Notes: generated from the letters alone by a model not told the origin. Shown: positions 1-9,629, numbered from the stretch's first letter. The stretch is 64,000 nucleotides of DNA from Hyphomicrobiales bacterium (GCA_031417515.1 JANOVS010000214.1:13871-77870), one strand, 5' to 3'. Numbers and translations are program-made.

Positions 1-297
1 ACTTCCGCTTGGGGCCGTGTATCGGAAACTGTAAGCTGTTCCGGGATCCAAACGTTCCAAAATTTTTGAAACTTTATCGTCAATTTCATCTGCCGGAACA
101 TTCAGCCGGCTAAATGTGACGCGCATCAATTTTTGCAAGTGAACGCCTGCGGACAAATCTGAACTCAAATAACCACACAGGGTTCGATACAAATCATTGC
201 AGGCAAGAAGGCAGAGTTGGGAGTCAAACAATGCCAACCCAACATCCGCGCCAGCAAACAAATCTGCGATGCCTGCATTGTAGTTTTCAGGTATCAT
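1..297 (-). CDS. PAS-like sensory protein, N-terminal part only (the gene runs off the left edge)
   Basis: The minus-strand frame has no stop from 489 to position 1. ATG is at 295-297, with an alternative GTG at 355-357. The translation MIPENYNAGIADLFAGADVGLALFDSQLCLLACNDLYRTLCGY... resembles N-terminal PAS modules of alphaproteobacterial sensor proteins. It is missing from the ORF track because its stop lies outside the window. Confidence 0.4.
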   Translation of the reverse strand, partial: MIPENYNAGIADLFAGADVGLALFDSQLCLLACNDLYRTLCGYLSSDLSAGVHLQKLMRVTFSRLNVPADEIDDKVSKILERLDPGTAYSFRYTAPSGS

Positions 298-528
298 TTC
301 CGGATGACCAAGTTGGTTAGGCCGCTGTATTGACGTTATTCGGTTTTCGTTGTGCACAATTGTCCCCAGTCTTCGACCTTTGCTTATACGCCTAAAGCTA
401 TGAACGAACGATGAAAATGGATAAGAATTCACGCTGCTTTGTGTTTCTCCAAATTTAACGAATTTCTGCCAAGAGTGGGGTTGTGTAAATTATGCAGGGT
501 AAAATAATCGCTCTGCTTGGGGCGAAAT

Positions 529-1479
529 ATGTTGTCAAATGTAGAAAGAACAATTGCTTGCTGGCTGCTGGCTGGAACCCTGCTCGCAGGCTTCGCCATA
601 CCAGGCTTGTCTGAATTGATGCAGCCCTTCACGACGATTAGTCTGCTTCTGCTGATCATCATGTCACTGCTTCCCATGGGCCGAATGGAAAGCGAAGAAG
701 TTTTCAGCCTGGACTCGAAGGTTTGGCAGATTGTCATGTGGCAGCTCCTGGCCTTGCCCGCGATTATTGTTTCTGCGGCCCATCTATTGCGTGTGGATGC
801 CGCAATAACACTGTTGTTGGTGACAACGGCCTCCGCTGGTTCACTGTTTGCATCTCCGACCTTTGCTGAACTGCTTCAGGTCAACAAACAAAAAGCCTTG
901 CAGTGCATGGTGCTGTCCACTTTCCTGATGCCGCTGTCATATTTTCTTTTCTTTACTGTCGTTTTGCACGCAAAAGTCGATATTGATATTTTGCCATTCA
1001 TACAACAATGCATGATCTTTTTGGTTCTGCCATTAGGTCTGTTTCTGGTTTATATGGGCATTGCTGGCAGTATTCCAAAACATGTTGCAGAATCCATTGA
1101 AGGGGTTTCCCGGCGTTCGACCATTCTTGCACTCATGATTTTTGGGATTGGCATCATTGGTCCGGCCCGTGACCTGTTGTGGAGCGAACCCAGCCGTTTT
1201 TTGCTTTATCTCGCAATCGTTACATTGTTGGGTGCAGGCATGGCCTATCTCACAGCCATTGTGATGTTTCGGCAAGGCATCAGTGACTCCTTGACCGCCA
1301 GCATTGTCAGCGGTTTCCGCAATGTTGGATTGGGCTTTATTCTGCTTTCAGGTATCGCAGGCCAAACCATGGCTGAATATGTTGGTGTTTCCCAAATTCC
1401 AATTTTTCTTGCGCCGTTGGTCCTGAGCTTTTTTGTTCGAACCAAACAACCGACAACCAGTCTGCAAATGGCAAATTGA
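529..1479 (+). CDS. polytopic membrane transporter, BASS/AEC-like (bile acid:Na+ symporter-type fold)
   Basis: ORF 517..1479, first ATG at 529. The product is about 317 aa and almost entirely hydrophobic, with about 9-10 predicted TM segments. The family call rests on size and pattern only. Confidence 0.5.
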   Translation: MLSNVERTIACWLLAGTLLAGFAIPGLSELMQPFTTISLLLLIIMSLLPMGRMESEEVFSLDSKVWQIVMWQLLALPAIIVSAAHLLRVDAAITLLLVTTASAGSLFASPTFAELLQVNKQKALQCMVLSTFLMPLSYFLFFTVVLHAKVDIDILPFIQQCMIFLVLPLGLFLVYMGIAGSIPKHVAESIEGVSRRSTILALMIFGIGIIGPARDLLWSEPSRFLLYLAIVTLLGAGMAYLTAIVMFRQGISDSLTASIVSGFRNVGLGFILLSGIAGQTMAEYVGVSQIPIFLAPLVLSFFVRTKQPTTSLQMAN

Positions 1480-1720
1480 GGCCGGTATGCTGCTTGGAGC
1501 GTCGGGAATTTAGTTGCATACGCACTACCGTCATTGCTGCGAAAGTGGGAATGACGTTTTTGCTGCGTGTAATCCCGACTGAATGCCCGAAATGCCAGCC
1601 ACTCTGCAGTCGATCGTGAAACCGTAGTTTCAAAAGTTAGAGATGGGTTAACTCTAATTTCCATTTGTCATTGAATATGGCATTGCTGCCCCTGCGATTT
1701 ACGGTTGTTTAGTTGCGACC

Positions 1721-3022
1721 ATGTTAGTCTGTTTCCATAGTTTATGTGGGGCGACTAAATTGAGCGGCGTGAGTGAGAGTGAATTTTCCAGCGGTGTAAA
1801 CACGGATGATGTAATCCGGTCGTTGCGTTCCGCTTTGACTGACAAGGCCCAGGCTTCATCGCCAGTTGCTCGTTCAGTTCAAACACCAATTTCAATAACT
1901 AAAACTCCAGCAGTTGCTAAAGCAGCAAAGCCTTCCGGTTCGAAACGCTATATGCTGGCATTCTTTGCAGCCACCTTGGCAGGCATGGCTTCTATTTGGT
2001 TTGCAAATCAGGCCTACGCACCTGAAATGTACGCTGATGGTGGAATGGTGGCAGCCGCTGAAGCCCATGCAAAAAATCAAAATTACGCAGTCTTCGATCT
2101 CAATTTGAACATTCGCGCACTTCGCGAAGAGCAATTGAAGCGGATGACCAAAACGCCAGATGTTATTCTGCTGGGTGCCAGTCATTGGCAGGAAGGCCAC
2201 AAGGGGCTGCTTAAGGACTACGATTTTTTCAATGCCCACATTCACCGTGACTACTGGGAAGATCCACTGGGCATGGTGGAACTTCTGGTGCGGAGTAATC
2301 GTCTGCCTAAGAAACTGATCATCAGCATCCGGGACAATCAGTTCAAACCAGTTGAATTGCGTAAAGACTTTCTCTGGGAGCCAGGTATTCCTGCCTATCG
2401 CAGGATGTCTGCGCAATTGGGTCTTGAAACCCAAAGCATCGTGAAAACGCTGCCTTATGACCGCGGACGCGCACTTATTTCTTTGCCCATGCTGTTTGAG
2501 AATTTTACGCGCTGGTACAATGCCTCTGAGCGCCCAGGCCCATCTGAGAATACTCATTTTGAGACATTGGATGCACTGCTGCCGGACGGTTCAATTGTCT
2601 GGTCCAATCAACGCATGCATCTTTTTACAGCTGAGCGTACAAAAATTGAGTCAGATGCATTTGCCAAAAAACGTCGCAATGACCCGCCTGTCTATGAACA
2701 GAAAGGTGTTGATGCCTTCAACACTCTTTTGAACTACCTGAAGAAAGAGGGTGTGAGTGTTTACTTGGTGAAGCCACCCTTCAATCCGACTTATTACGAT
2801 CAGCTTCAAGGCACGCCTTATGCCGAAGGTCTCGCAAAAGTTGATGCCTTGATCAATGGAATTGCTGCTGACCACAAATTGCCGGTCTTTGGAAGTTTCA
2901 ATCCGCACGAACTGGGTTGCACAACTGCCATGTACATCGACGCTGAGCATTCCAACGAAAAATGCTTGCAGAAGATCTTCGATCAATTCGTTGCCATAGA
3001 CTCAGCGAATGGTGATCTGTAA
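1721..3022 (+). CDS. DltD-like membrane-anchored SGNH-type transferase/esterase
   Basis: 433 aa with a single TM at residues about 77-95 (YMLAFFAATLAGMASIWFA). It has a Ser block LLGAS154HW and a C-terminal D407-A-E-H410 (DxxH) block, the layout seen in DltD/AlgJ-type SGNH proteins. Its stop overlaps the MBOAT start (TAATG at 3020-3024). The start codon is uncertain. Confidence 0.6.
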   Translation: MLVCFHSLCGATKLSGVSESEFSSGVNTDDVIRSLRSALTDKAQASSPVARSVQTPISITKTPAVAKAAKPSGSKRYMLAFFAATLAGMASIWFANQAYAPEMYADGGMVAAAEAHAKNQNYAVFDLNLNIRALREEQLKRMTKTPDVILLGASHWQEGHKGLLKDYDFFNAHIHRDYWEDPLGMVELLVRSNRLPKKLIISIRDNQFKPVELRKDFLWEPGIPAYRRMSAQLGLETQSIVKTLPYDRGRALISLPMLFENFTRWYNASERPGPSENTHFETLDALLPDGSIVWSNQRMHLFTAERTKIESDAFAKKRRNDPPVYEQKGVDAFNTLLNYLKKEGVSVYLVKPPFNPTYYDQLQGTPYAEGLAKVDALINGIAADHKLPVFGSFNPHELGCTTAMYIDAEHSNEKCLQKIFDQFVAIDSANGDL

Positions 3023-4533
3023 TGTCTTTCACATCACTCCAGTTCATATTCGTATTTCTGCCGCTGGCCTACCTTGGTTTTGTTTTGGCCCATCGTTTGA
3101 GTGGCGCGCAAATGGCCATCAATGTCTTGGCCGTCGTCTCACTTGTATTCTACGCGATGTTTGGCTCGCAGCTTCTTCTTGTTCTGCTGGTGTCAATGAT
3201 TTTCAATTTTACAGTTGGCAACGTCATTGCGTGTCTGACGGAACACCCAAAAGTGGCTAAAAACCTGCTGTTGGGTGCTGTGGCGGCGAATTTGGGCCTT
3301 CTCGGATATCTGAAGTACACCAACTTCTTCATTGATGTTGCAAACCAGATTGCTGGAACGGGCTACGCGCATTACGATATTGCAGTGCCACTGGGTGTAT
3401 CTTTCTTCACATTCGTGCAGATCGGATATCTTATTGACTCCTACAACGGGCAACTACTGAAACACGATTTCGCGCGTTACATCGTTTTCACTGCGTTTTT
3501 CCCATGCGTAACAGCAGGGCCATTGGTCATGCAGCGTGAGATGATGGGTCAACTTCTGGACTCAAAGTCACCTGCCTTTGATGTGCGCCGTGTGACGATT
3601 GGACTGACCATGTTCGCCATGGGCCTGTTCAAAAAAGTTGTGCTTGCTGACTCAATTGCGCCCTTTGCCAATAGCGTATTTGACGGCGCTCAAAGTGGTT
3701 TCTTGTTTGATGGCACGACCGCATGGATTGGAGCCTTGTGCTACACCCTGCAGCTCTATTTTGACTTCTCTGGATATTCGGACATGGCAATTGGTTTGGC
3801 GACAATATTCGCGATCAAATTGCCGTTGAATTTCGACTCACCATTCAAGTCGACCAACATCTCGGATTTTTGGCGTCGTTGGCACATGACAATGACCCGC
3901 TTTTTCACAGCCTACCTTTATTCAGGCATGGCGATGTATGGCATGCGCAAAAGCGGCGGATTGCGTCTTGGTCGTGTTGGTCGCTTTTTGCTGGTCGCCG
4001 CCTTGCCCTCGCTCCTTACATTTATTGTTGCGGGCGTTTGGCACGGCTCGGGCTGGACCTTCGTGATTTACGGTGTGATGCATGGTCTCGCTGTTGCTGC
4101 ATTCCTGGGTTGGCGCGAGTTCTCCCGTGTAACTTTGCCAACTCCCGTTGCCTGGCTTCTGACCATGGTGACCGTGGTATGTGGTTTGGTGGTGTTCCGC
4201 GCCCCTGATGTTACAACGGCATTGTCCATGCTCGGCCACATGTTTGGCTTGTCCGGTGGATCGGGCGTCGGTCAACTTCTTTCAATCGACAGTGCCAAAG
4301 CCGCTTCGATGATTGTCATCATGGGTGCCATTACGCTTCTGTTGCCGAATACGCAGCAAATCCTGCATCACGAATGGCCAGTGGTTGACACGATGCCAGC
4401 AGAAACCGCGACCGCAGCTGGTTTGGTTGCGTGGCGACCAAGCTTCGGAACAGCCTTTGTCAGCGCCTGCATTTTTACAATTGCAATTACCTCAATCGGA
4501 TCCAGTTCTGGATTCCTCTACTACAAATTTTAA
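3022..4533 (+). CDS. MBOAT family O-acyltransferase (DltB/AlgI-like)
   Basis: 503 aa polytopic protein. It has the signature FWRRWHMTMTRFF and a downstream VWHGSGW histidine motif typical of DltB/AlgI. Confidence 0.9.
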   Translation: MSFTSLQFIFVFLPLAYLGFVLAHRLSGAQMAINVLAVVSLVFYAMFGSQLLLVLLVSMIFNFTVGNVIACLTEHPKVAKNLLLGAVAANLGLLGYLKYTNFFIDVANQIAGTGYAHYDIAVPLGVSFFTFVQIGYLIDSYNGQLLKHDFARYIVFTAFFPCVTAGPLVMQREMMGQLLDSKSPAFDVRRVTIGLTMFAMGLFKKVVLADSIAPFANSVFDGAQSGFLFDGTTAWIGALCYTLQLYFDFSGYSDMAIGLATIFAIKLPLNFDSPFKSTNISDFWRRWHMTMTRFFTAYLYSGMAMYGMRKSGGLRLGRVGRFLLVAALPSLLTFIVAGVWHGSGWTFVIYGVMHGLAVAAFLGWREFSRVTLPTPVAWLLTMVTVVCGLVVFRAPDVTTALSMLGHMFGLSGGSGVGQLLSIDSAKAASMIVIMGAITLLLPNTQQILHHEWPVVDTMPAETATAAGLVAWRPSFGTAFVSACIFTIAITSIGSSSGFLYYKF

Positions 4534-4550
4534 CGGACGGGAAAATACCA

Positions 4551-5762
4551 ATGAATACGCACAACCATCAATTCAACGAGATTGTTTTGGAACTGCCACG
4601 TGCAGTCGATCATGAAGTTGCGGGCGACATTGAAAAAGAGTCAGTGTTTGTTTCGCCCTACATCGATCGTATTTTTGTAAATGCCGACGGGCTTACAGCG
4701 CGCGTCGTGACCCGGCCTGGTGCAGACCTTGTAGAAATCAAGGAAAAAGCCGCCCGCTTTCTTGAAGTGATGGTGAAGCAGGTTTCTGGTTTTGAAATCA
4801 AGGTGTTCATTGACACCAAACGCAAAGACACCGGCCCATATTTCACCGGCGTGAACGATGAACTGGTAAAGCGTGGCTGGATGCATGACTATGGCAAGGG
4901 TCAAGTGGCCTACAGCGGCCCAGTTTTGAAACTGGCGAAGCTGATCAACGACAAGTCGGGCGAACTCTACAAAGCGGCCTTTAATGCGAAGGACTCGCAT
5001 TTCCCCGCGATGATTGACGCCGACACTTTGCACAAGTGCGGATATTTTGACTCGCATCCCAATGCAGTAACCTTCGTTGGCAACGTCGTTGAGGATTTTG
5101 ATGCGATTGAGGAATTTCGTCGTGCCAATTCTTGTTCTGAAGGCGCCCTGTTGCCAAAGCAGGAACACATCCACATCGATGGAATGTGTTTGAACCCGGC
5201 AGCATGTTTCCCGTGCTATCCAACGCTTACCGGCCAGGACTTCAAGGAGGGCCAATGTTACACGTGGCTTGGCCGTGTATTCCGCTATGAATCGCGCAAC
5301 ATCAATGGTCTTGACCGCTTGTATGAGTTCAACGTTCGTGAACTCGTGTTTGTCGGCAGTGAAGAATACGTGCGCAGTTGCCGCGCCAAGGCTTTGCCCA
5401 TCGTGGAAGAGTTGGCTTCATTCATCGACATTGATTGCCAGGTCCAGACTGCAACCGATCCGTTTTTTGCAACTGTTTCCGCCGCAAAGAAATTCTGGCA
5501 GGCGGCACAAGAAGTTAAAAACGAAATAAAAATTCCTGCGCTTGGAAATGACGGCAGCCAAAAAATGTTGGCTTGCGGGTCGATCAATTTGCACGGGAAT
5601 TTCTTCGGCAAGCGCTTTGGCTTTACCTGTGAAAATGGCGAACCTGCGCAAACAGGTTGCGTGGGACTTGGCATTGAACGTTGGGTTCTTGCCGCCTTTA
5701 CGCAGCACGGCTTTGACGAAATGCGCTGGCCTGAAGCCGTTCGAAACAACATTTTCAAATAA
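4551..5762 (+). CDS. amino acid--[carrier protein] ligase, class-II (SerRS-like) aminoacyl-tRNA synthetase homolog lacking a tRNA-binding arm
   Basis: ATG at 4551 lies after the MBOAT stop; the ORF-track start at 4431 overlaps the MBOAT gene. Class II motif 2 is VFRYESRN...YEFNVRE and motif 3 is GCVGLGIERWVLAAF. Cys residues (AACFPCYP, QTGCVG) sit where atypical SerRS-type enzymes bind Zn. At 403 aa there is no N-terminal coiled coil. Confidence 0.8.
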   Translation: MNTHNHQFNEIVLELPRAVDHEVAGDIEKESVFVSPYIDRIFVNADGLTARVVTRPGADLVEIKEKAARFLEVMVKQVSGFEIKVFIDTKRKDTGPYFTGVNDELVKRGWMHDYGKGQVAYSGPVLKLAKLINDKSGELYKAAFNAKDSHFPAMIDADTLHKCGYFDSHPNAVTFVGNVVEDFDAIEEFRRANSCSEGALLPKQEHIHIDGMCLNPAACFPCYPTLTGQDFKEGQCYTWLGRVFRYESRNINGLDRLYEFNVRELVFVGSEEYVRSCRAKALPIVEELASFIDIDCQVQTATDPFFATVSAAKKFWQAAQEVKNEIKIPALGNDGSQKMLACGSINLHGNFFGKRFGFTCENGEPAQTGCVGLGIERWVLAAFTQHGFDEMRWPEAVRNNIFK

Positions 5763-5802
5763 CAACAATAACAACAACAACTAAAAACAAGGAAGCAAGA
5801 AC

Positions 5803-6060
5803 ATGCAACTCTATCAACTCATCGGAAAAGTATTGGGTGTTAACCCGGCAGAATTGAATGAAGATTCAAACGCTCAAAACACCCCAAAATGGGATTCACT
5901 TCGTCACATCGAAGTTGTGTTCGCGATGGAAAACGCTTTTCACGTCCGCTTCACAATGCCCGAGATTTCGGGTTTGCGGAAACTTAGCGACATCCGACAA
6001 CTTTTGTTAACTAAAAATGTACGTCTCAATGAGCAAGATGAAGAGCGAAAGATTGCTTGA
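5803..6060 (+). CDS. small acyl/aminoacyl carrier protein (DltC/ACP-like)
   Basis: 85 aa, with RBS AAGGAAG upstream. The motif TPKWDSLRHIEVVFAMENAF matches the ACP helix II phosphopantetheine Ser motif (DSL). It lies 40 nt downstream of the ligase. Confidence 0.75.
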   Translation: MQLYQLIGKVLGVNPAELNEDSNAQNTPKWDSLRHIEVVFAMENAFHVRFTMPEISGLRKLSDIRQLLLTKNVRLNEQDEERKIA

Positions 6061-6105
6061 TCAAGAGGTTCAGTATCAAACTCTTTCAAAACGGCGGTTA
6101 GTATT

Positions 6106-8181
6106 GTGTTGCCAGACAAAACAGTAAAAGTGTTGATTGTGGACGATGATGAGGACGACTTGTACCTCATCAACGACGCGTTGGGGGAAGTAGAGCGTAC
6201 GCGCTATGCTGTCACCACAGCATCTTCAATTCTGCTGGCCATGGTGGCGTTGTCCAAGGAGAGTTTTGATGTCATTTTCAGCGATTTTCGTCTTGGTGCG
6301 TTGACAGGTATCGACTTTATCAATGGTGTCCGCGCGGCTGGCATTGATACGCCAATTATTTTGTTGACTGGCGTATCCGATCATCTTGTCGACAATGCTG
6401 CGCTGAAAGCGGGTTCATCTGATTTCATTCCAAAAACAGCAATCACTGCAAATGTTTTGGACCGGTCTGTTCGCTACGCATTGGCGCATGCTGATCGACA
6501 ACGTTTGCTGCAAAGTATTCTGAAGAATACAAAGTCTGCGATCACGGTTATTGATGCGGATGGCCAAGTTTCACTCTCGAACGCACAAATGACCAACTTC
6601 GCTCACTTGGCGTTTGGCGAAGTGCCAAATGCGAAGCAACAGTTGATCCAATTGGCATATGCCTCGACTGAAAAAGACATTGTGGTTGGATCAATTGTTT
6701 TGGAACCCCACATCACGAAACTACCAGACAACAGTTCAATTCTGGCACTTCATGATGTGACGGACCGCGTAAACGCCTTGCGCGCTCGGGAACAGGCGGA
6801 GGAGCGTATCCGTGCCATAGCCATGCAAGATGGCCTTACCGGAATTCCAAACCGTCTTGCTTTCAATGAATATCTCGACGATTGCTTGTTGCAGGCCAAC
6901 ACGGATAATTCAAAAGTTGCGGTGCTCTTGTTTGACTTCAACAGGTTCAAGGAGGTCAATGATCTGTTTGGGCATGCTGCAGGCGATCATATTTTGCGAA
7001 ACGCCGCAGCGGTGGTGCAATCCATTCTGAAGGGCGACGAATTTTGCTCACGCCTCGGTGGAGACGAGTTCGTTCTCATTCAATGCAACAGCAATCGTGA
7101 GAAGGCGCTTGAGCTTTCGTCGCGGATTGTTGAAAGCTTGTCAGTTTCATTGAAGTGGGACGATAAAACCATAGAGTCCAGCGTTACCTTGGGGGTTGCA
7201 CTGTTTCCTGACCATGGCGAGGATCGCCAGGAACTTTTGGCCAATGCTGATCTTGCGATGTACCGGGGCAAGTCGGCGCTTGATCGCTCGGTGTGCATAT
7301 TTGATGCGAGCATGGACAAATTCGTTCGTGAACGCCGTGGCATAGTACATGATTTGCGCCATGCCATTGAGGGCAATGAGCTTAGTCTGGATCTGCAGCC
7401 GCAGTTCGCTGCGGTAACCGGAAAACTCCTGGGTTTTGAGGCGCTTTTGCGTTGGTATTGTCCAAAACGGGGGCGCGTGTCGCCAGCCCAATTCATTCCG
7501 ATTGCTGAAGAAACCGGACTCATTATCGAAATTGACAAGTGGGTACTAACCAAGGCCTGTCAGTTGTTGGCAGAACATGACTGGCTGCAACGTCTGGCCG
7601 TCAACCTGTCAGCCCGTGCGATCTGCCAACCATTCATCGTTGAACAAGTTCGTTCCGCTCTGCTTACAAATGGAATTTCGCCAAGTCGGTTGGAGCTTGA
7701 AATAACCGAAACGGCTTTGATTCACGATCTAAATCGGGCACTTCATAATCTTCGGCAGTTAAAGGCGTTTGGTATCTCTTTTGCGCTGGACGACTTTGGA
7801 ACGGGCTATTCATCCCTGTCGCTACTCAGTTCATTTCCCTTTGACCGCATTAAGGTCGATGGTTCATTTGTTCAAATGACAGGAAGTGATGGGCGTTCTG
7901 ATGCCCTGTTTACCGCAGTCATTGGACTGGGCAGGGCACTCCGTGTTCCTGTCTTGGTCGAAGGAGTTGAAACTGAACAGCAAATGGCATTTGCGGAAAC
8001 TGCCGGTTGTGATGAAATTCAGGGATACTACACTGGCCGCCCAATACCTGCCACAATGATTTCAGAACTAAGAACTGATTTGGGAAATTCCATCTCAATG
8101 TCGAAAATGAAATCATGGCAAGAGCGCAAGGCTCAGCATGGGAAAGCGCCTGATCGACAACCGATGCGCGAAGTCTCTTGA
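6106..8181 (+). CDS. response-regulator receiver - sensory linker - GGDEF - EAL protein (c-di-GMP turnover)
   Basis: GTG start. REC motif is VLIVDDDEDDLYL ... FSDFRL. GGDEF is intact (RLGGDEFVLI). EAL motifs are FEALLRW, ELEITE and DDFGTGYSSL. Confidence 0.9.
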   Translation: MLPDKTVKVLIVDDDEDDLYLINDALGEVERTRYAVTTASSILLAMVALSKESFDVIFSDFRLGALTGIDFINGVRAAGIDTPIILLTGVSDHLVDNAALKAGSSDFIPKTAITANVLDRSVRYALAHADRQRLLQSILKNTKSAITVIDADGQVSLSNAQMTNFAHLAFGEVPNAKQQLIQLAYASTEKDIVVGSIVLEPHITKLPDNSSILALHDVTDRVNALRAREQAEERIRAIAMQDGLTGIPNRLAFNEYLDDCLLQANTDNSKVAVLLFDFNRFKEVNDLFGHAAGDHILRNAAAVVQSILKGDEFCSRLGGDEFVLIQCNSNREKALELSSRIVESLSVSLKWDDKTIESSVTLGVALFPDHGEDRQELLANADLAMYRGKSALDRSVCIFDASMDKFVRERRGIVHDLRHAIEGNELSLDLQPQFAAVTGKLLGFEALLRWYCPKRGRVSPAQFIPIAEETGLIIEIDKWVLTKACQLLAEHDWLQRLAVNLSARAICQPFIVEQVRSALLTNGISPSRLELEITETALIHDLNRALHNLRQLKAFGISFALDDFGTGYSSLSLLSSFPFDRIKVDGSFVQMTGSDGRSDALFTAVIGLGRALRVPVLVEGVETEQQMAFAETAGCDEIQGYYTGRPIPATMISELRTDLGNSISMSKMKSWQERKAQHGKAPDRQPMREVS

Positions 8182-8296
8182 ACTCAAATTGAAATTGCGC
8201 CCGCCCTTTGATCCTTTTGGAAAGCGGCATTGTCTTGCCATTGCTGCCGGAGCACAGTAACGTATTTCTCTTAACTGTATGTTTGGGGAGTCAACA

Positions 8297-9610
8297 ATGC
8301 TCACTCAAGATGTTCACGGTAACTCACTTTCAAACGCAAGCAATGATACGACGAGCGCCTTCATGGATGCCGTCCAGCAGCTCTCGATCTATGCAGGTGA
8401 CCCGCTGGGTGCCGCTGAAAAGATCATTGCTGACGAACCGCAATGTGTGATGGCCCATGCATTGAAGGCTTGGCTCTATCTGCTCGGCACTGATGCGAAA
8501 GCAGCCCGTGAAGCAAACGCGATTATTGCCCGGACCGATGGACTCAAAACGACAACCCGTGAAAAAGGCCACATCTCCGCCATCAAGAAACTTGCCAATG
8601 GCGAATTCCTCGCTGCATCGCGCATCATTGAAGATATGAATGTAGAGCATCCACGCGATCTTCTGGCTCTGATCGTGGGACATCAACTCGACTTTTTCAC
8701 AGGCAATTCGCGCATGTTGCGTGACCGCATCTCACGCGCCATGCCGCACTGGTCCGCCAGCATGCCTGGATATCATTCTGTGCTGGGCATGCATGCCTTT
8801 GGCCTTGAGGAGATGGGCAACTATGCGCTCGCCGAAGCCAAGGGTCGTGAAGCGTTATCCCATGAACGGCGCGATGGCTGGGCGAAACATGCTGTGGCTC
8901 ACGTTTTGGAAATGCAGGGCCGACAGCATGAAGGCATTGCATTCATGCAGGACGATGTGGAGGGGTGGACGAAAGACAGTTTCTTTGCTGTCCACAATTG
9001 GTGGCATTTGGCGCTTTACCATCTTGAGCTCGGACAGTTCGACGAAGTTCTCAAACTTGCTGACGGGCCGATTACAACAACCGTACAGGACCAGATGATC
9101 GATCTTGTTGATGCGTCAGCCTTGCTGTGGCGACTTCATTTACGCGGCATTGATGTGGGTGACCGTTGGACGAAACTGGTGAAGCGCTATGAGAACCTGT
9201 GGGTTCCCGGTTATTATGCTTTCAACGATCTGCATGCTGTGATGGCGTTCCTCGGTGCGGGCCGCACCGATCTGATCGAAGCAACGCTTGAGGCGCAAGC
9301 GAAGGTCGAAGCTGATAACGTCATGTTTTCCGGCGACGTCGGCCTGCCGTTGATCAAGGCGTTCATCGCTTTCCACAACGGAAAATATGCGGACGCGATG
9401 AAACTGATGCGGCCGGTGCGTGGTATCGCTGCGCGCTTTGGTGGCAGCCACGCGCAGCGCGACGTCATTGATCTCACAATGCTTGAGGCCGCGATCCGCG
9501 CTGGCAATATGGAACTCGCCCAAGCGCTTACAGCCGAACGCGCGCTCGCCAAACACGACAGCCCATTGGTAGCACTTTTCACCAGCCGCCTCCAACCGTC
9601 TCACCACTAA
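8297..9610 (+). CDS. TPR protein of the TTC38-like family
   Basis: ORF 8279..9610. The ATG at 8297 is preceded by GGGGAG. The product is helical-repeat rich and about 437 aa, with N-terminal pattern ...AMDAVQQLSIYAGDPLGAAEKIIADEPQCVMAHALKAWLYLLG as in TTC38-type proteins. Confidence 0.65.
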   Translation: MLTQDVHGNSLSNASNDTTSAFMDAVQQLSIYAGDPLGAAEKIIADEPQCVMAHALKAWLYLLGTDAKAAREANAIIARTDGLKTTTREKGHISAIKKLANGEFLAASRIIEDMNVEHPRDLLALIVGHQLDFFTGNSRMLRDRISRAMPHWSASMPGYHSVLGMHAFGLEEMGNYALAEAKGREALSHERRDGWAKHAVAHVLEMQGRQHEGIAFMQDDVEGWTKDSFFAVHNWWHLALYHLELGQFDEVLKLADGPITTTVQDQMIDLVDASALLWRLHLRGIDVGDRWTKLVKRYENLWVPGYYAFNDLHAVMAFLGAGRTDLIEATLEAQAKVEADNVMFSGDVGLPLIKAFIAFHNGKYADAMKLMRPVRGIAARFGGSHAQRDVIDLTMLEAAIRAGNMELAQALTAERALAKHDSPLVALFTSRLQPSHH

Positions 9611-9629
9611 ATTCAAGTAGTCGTAGGTA

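Noticed and set aside
1721-4533. Interpretation as AlgI/AlgJ-type polysaccharide O-acetylation genes
   Set aside because: No alginate or other EPS biosynthesis genes are adjacent. The MBOAT is immediately followed by an aaRS-like ligase and a carrier protein, which an acetyl-CoA-dependent system would not need. Aminoacyl transfer is the more parsimonious reading.
5542-5784. 80-aa ORF ending in poly-Asn and the (AAC)n-like run at 5761-5784
   Set aside because: The ORF is out of frame inside the ligase gene. The AAC run is a short, imperfect A/C-rich spacer between the ligase stop and the carrier-protein RBS. It is too short to call a microsatellite with function.
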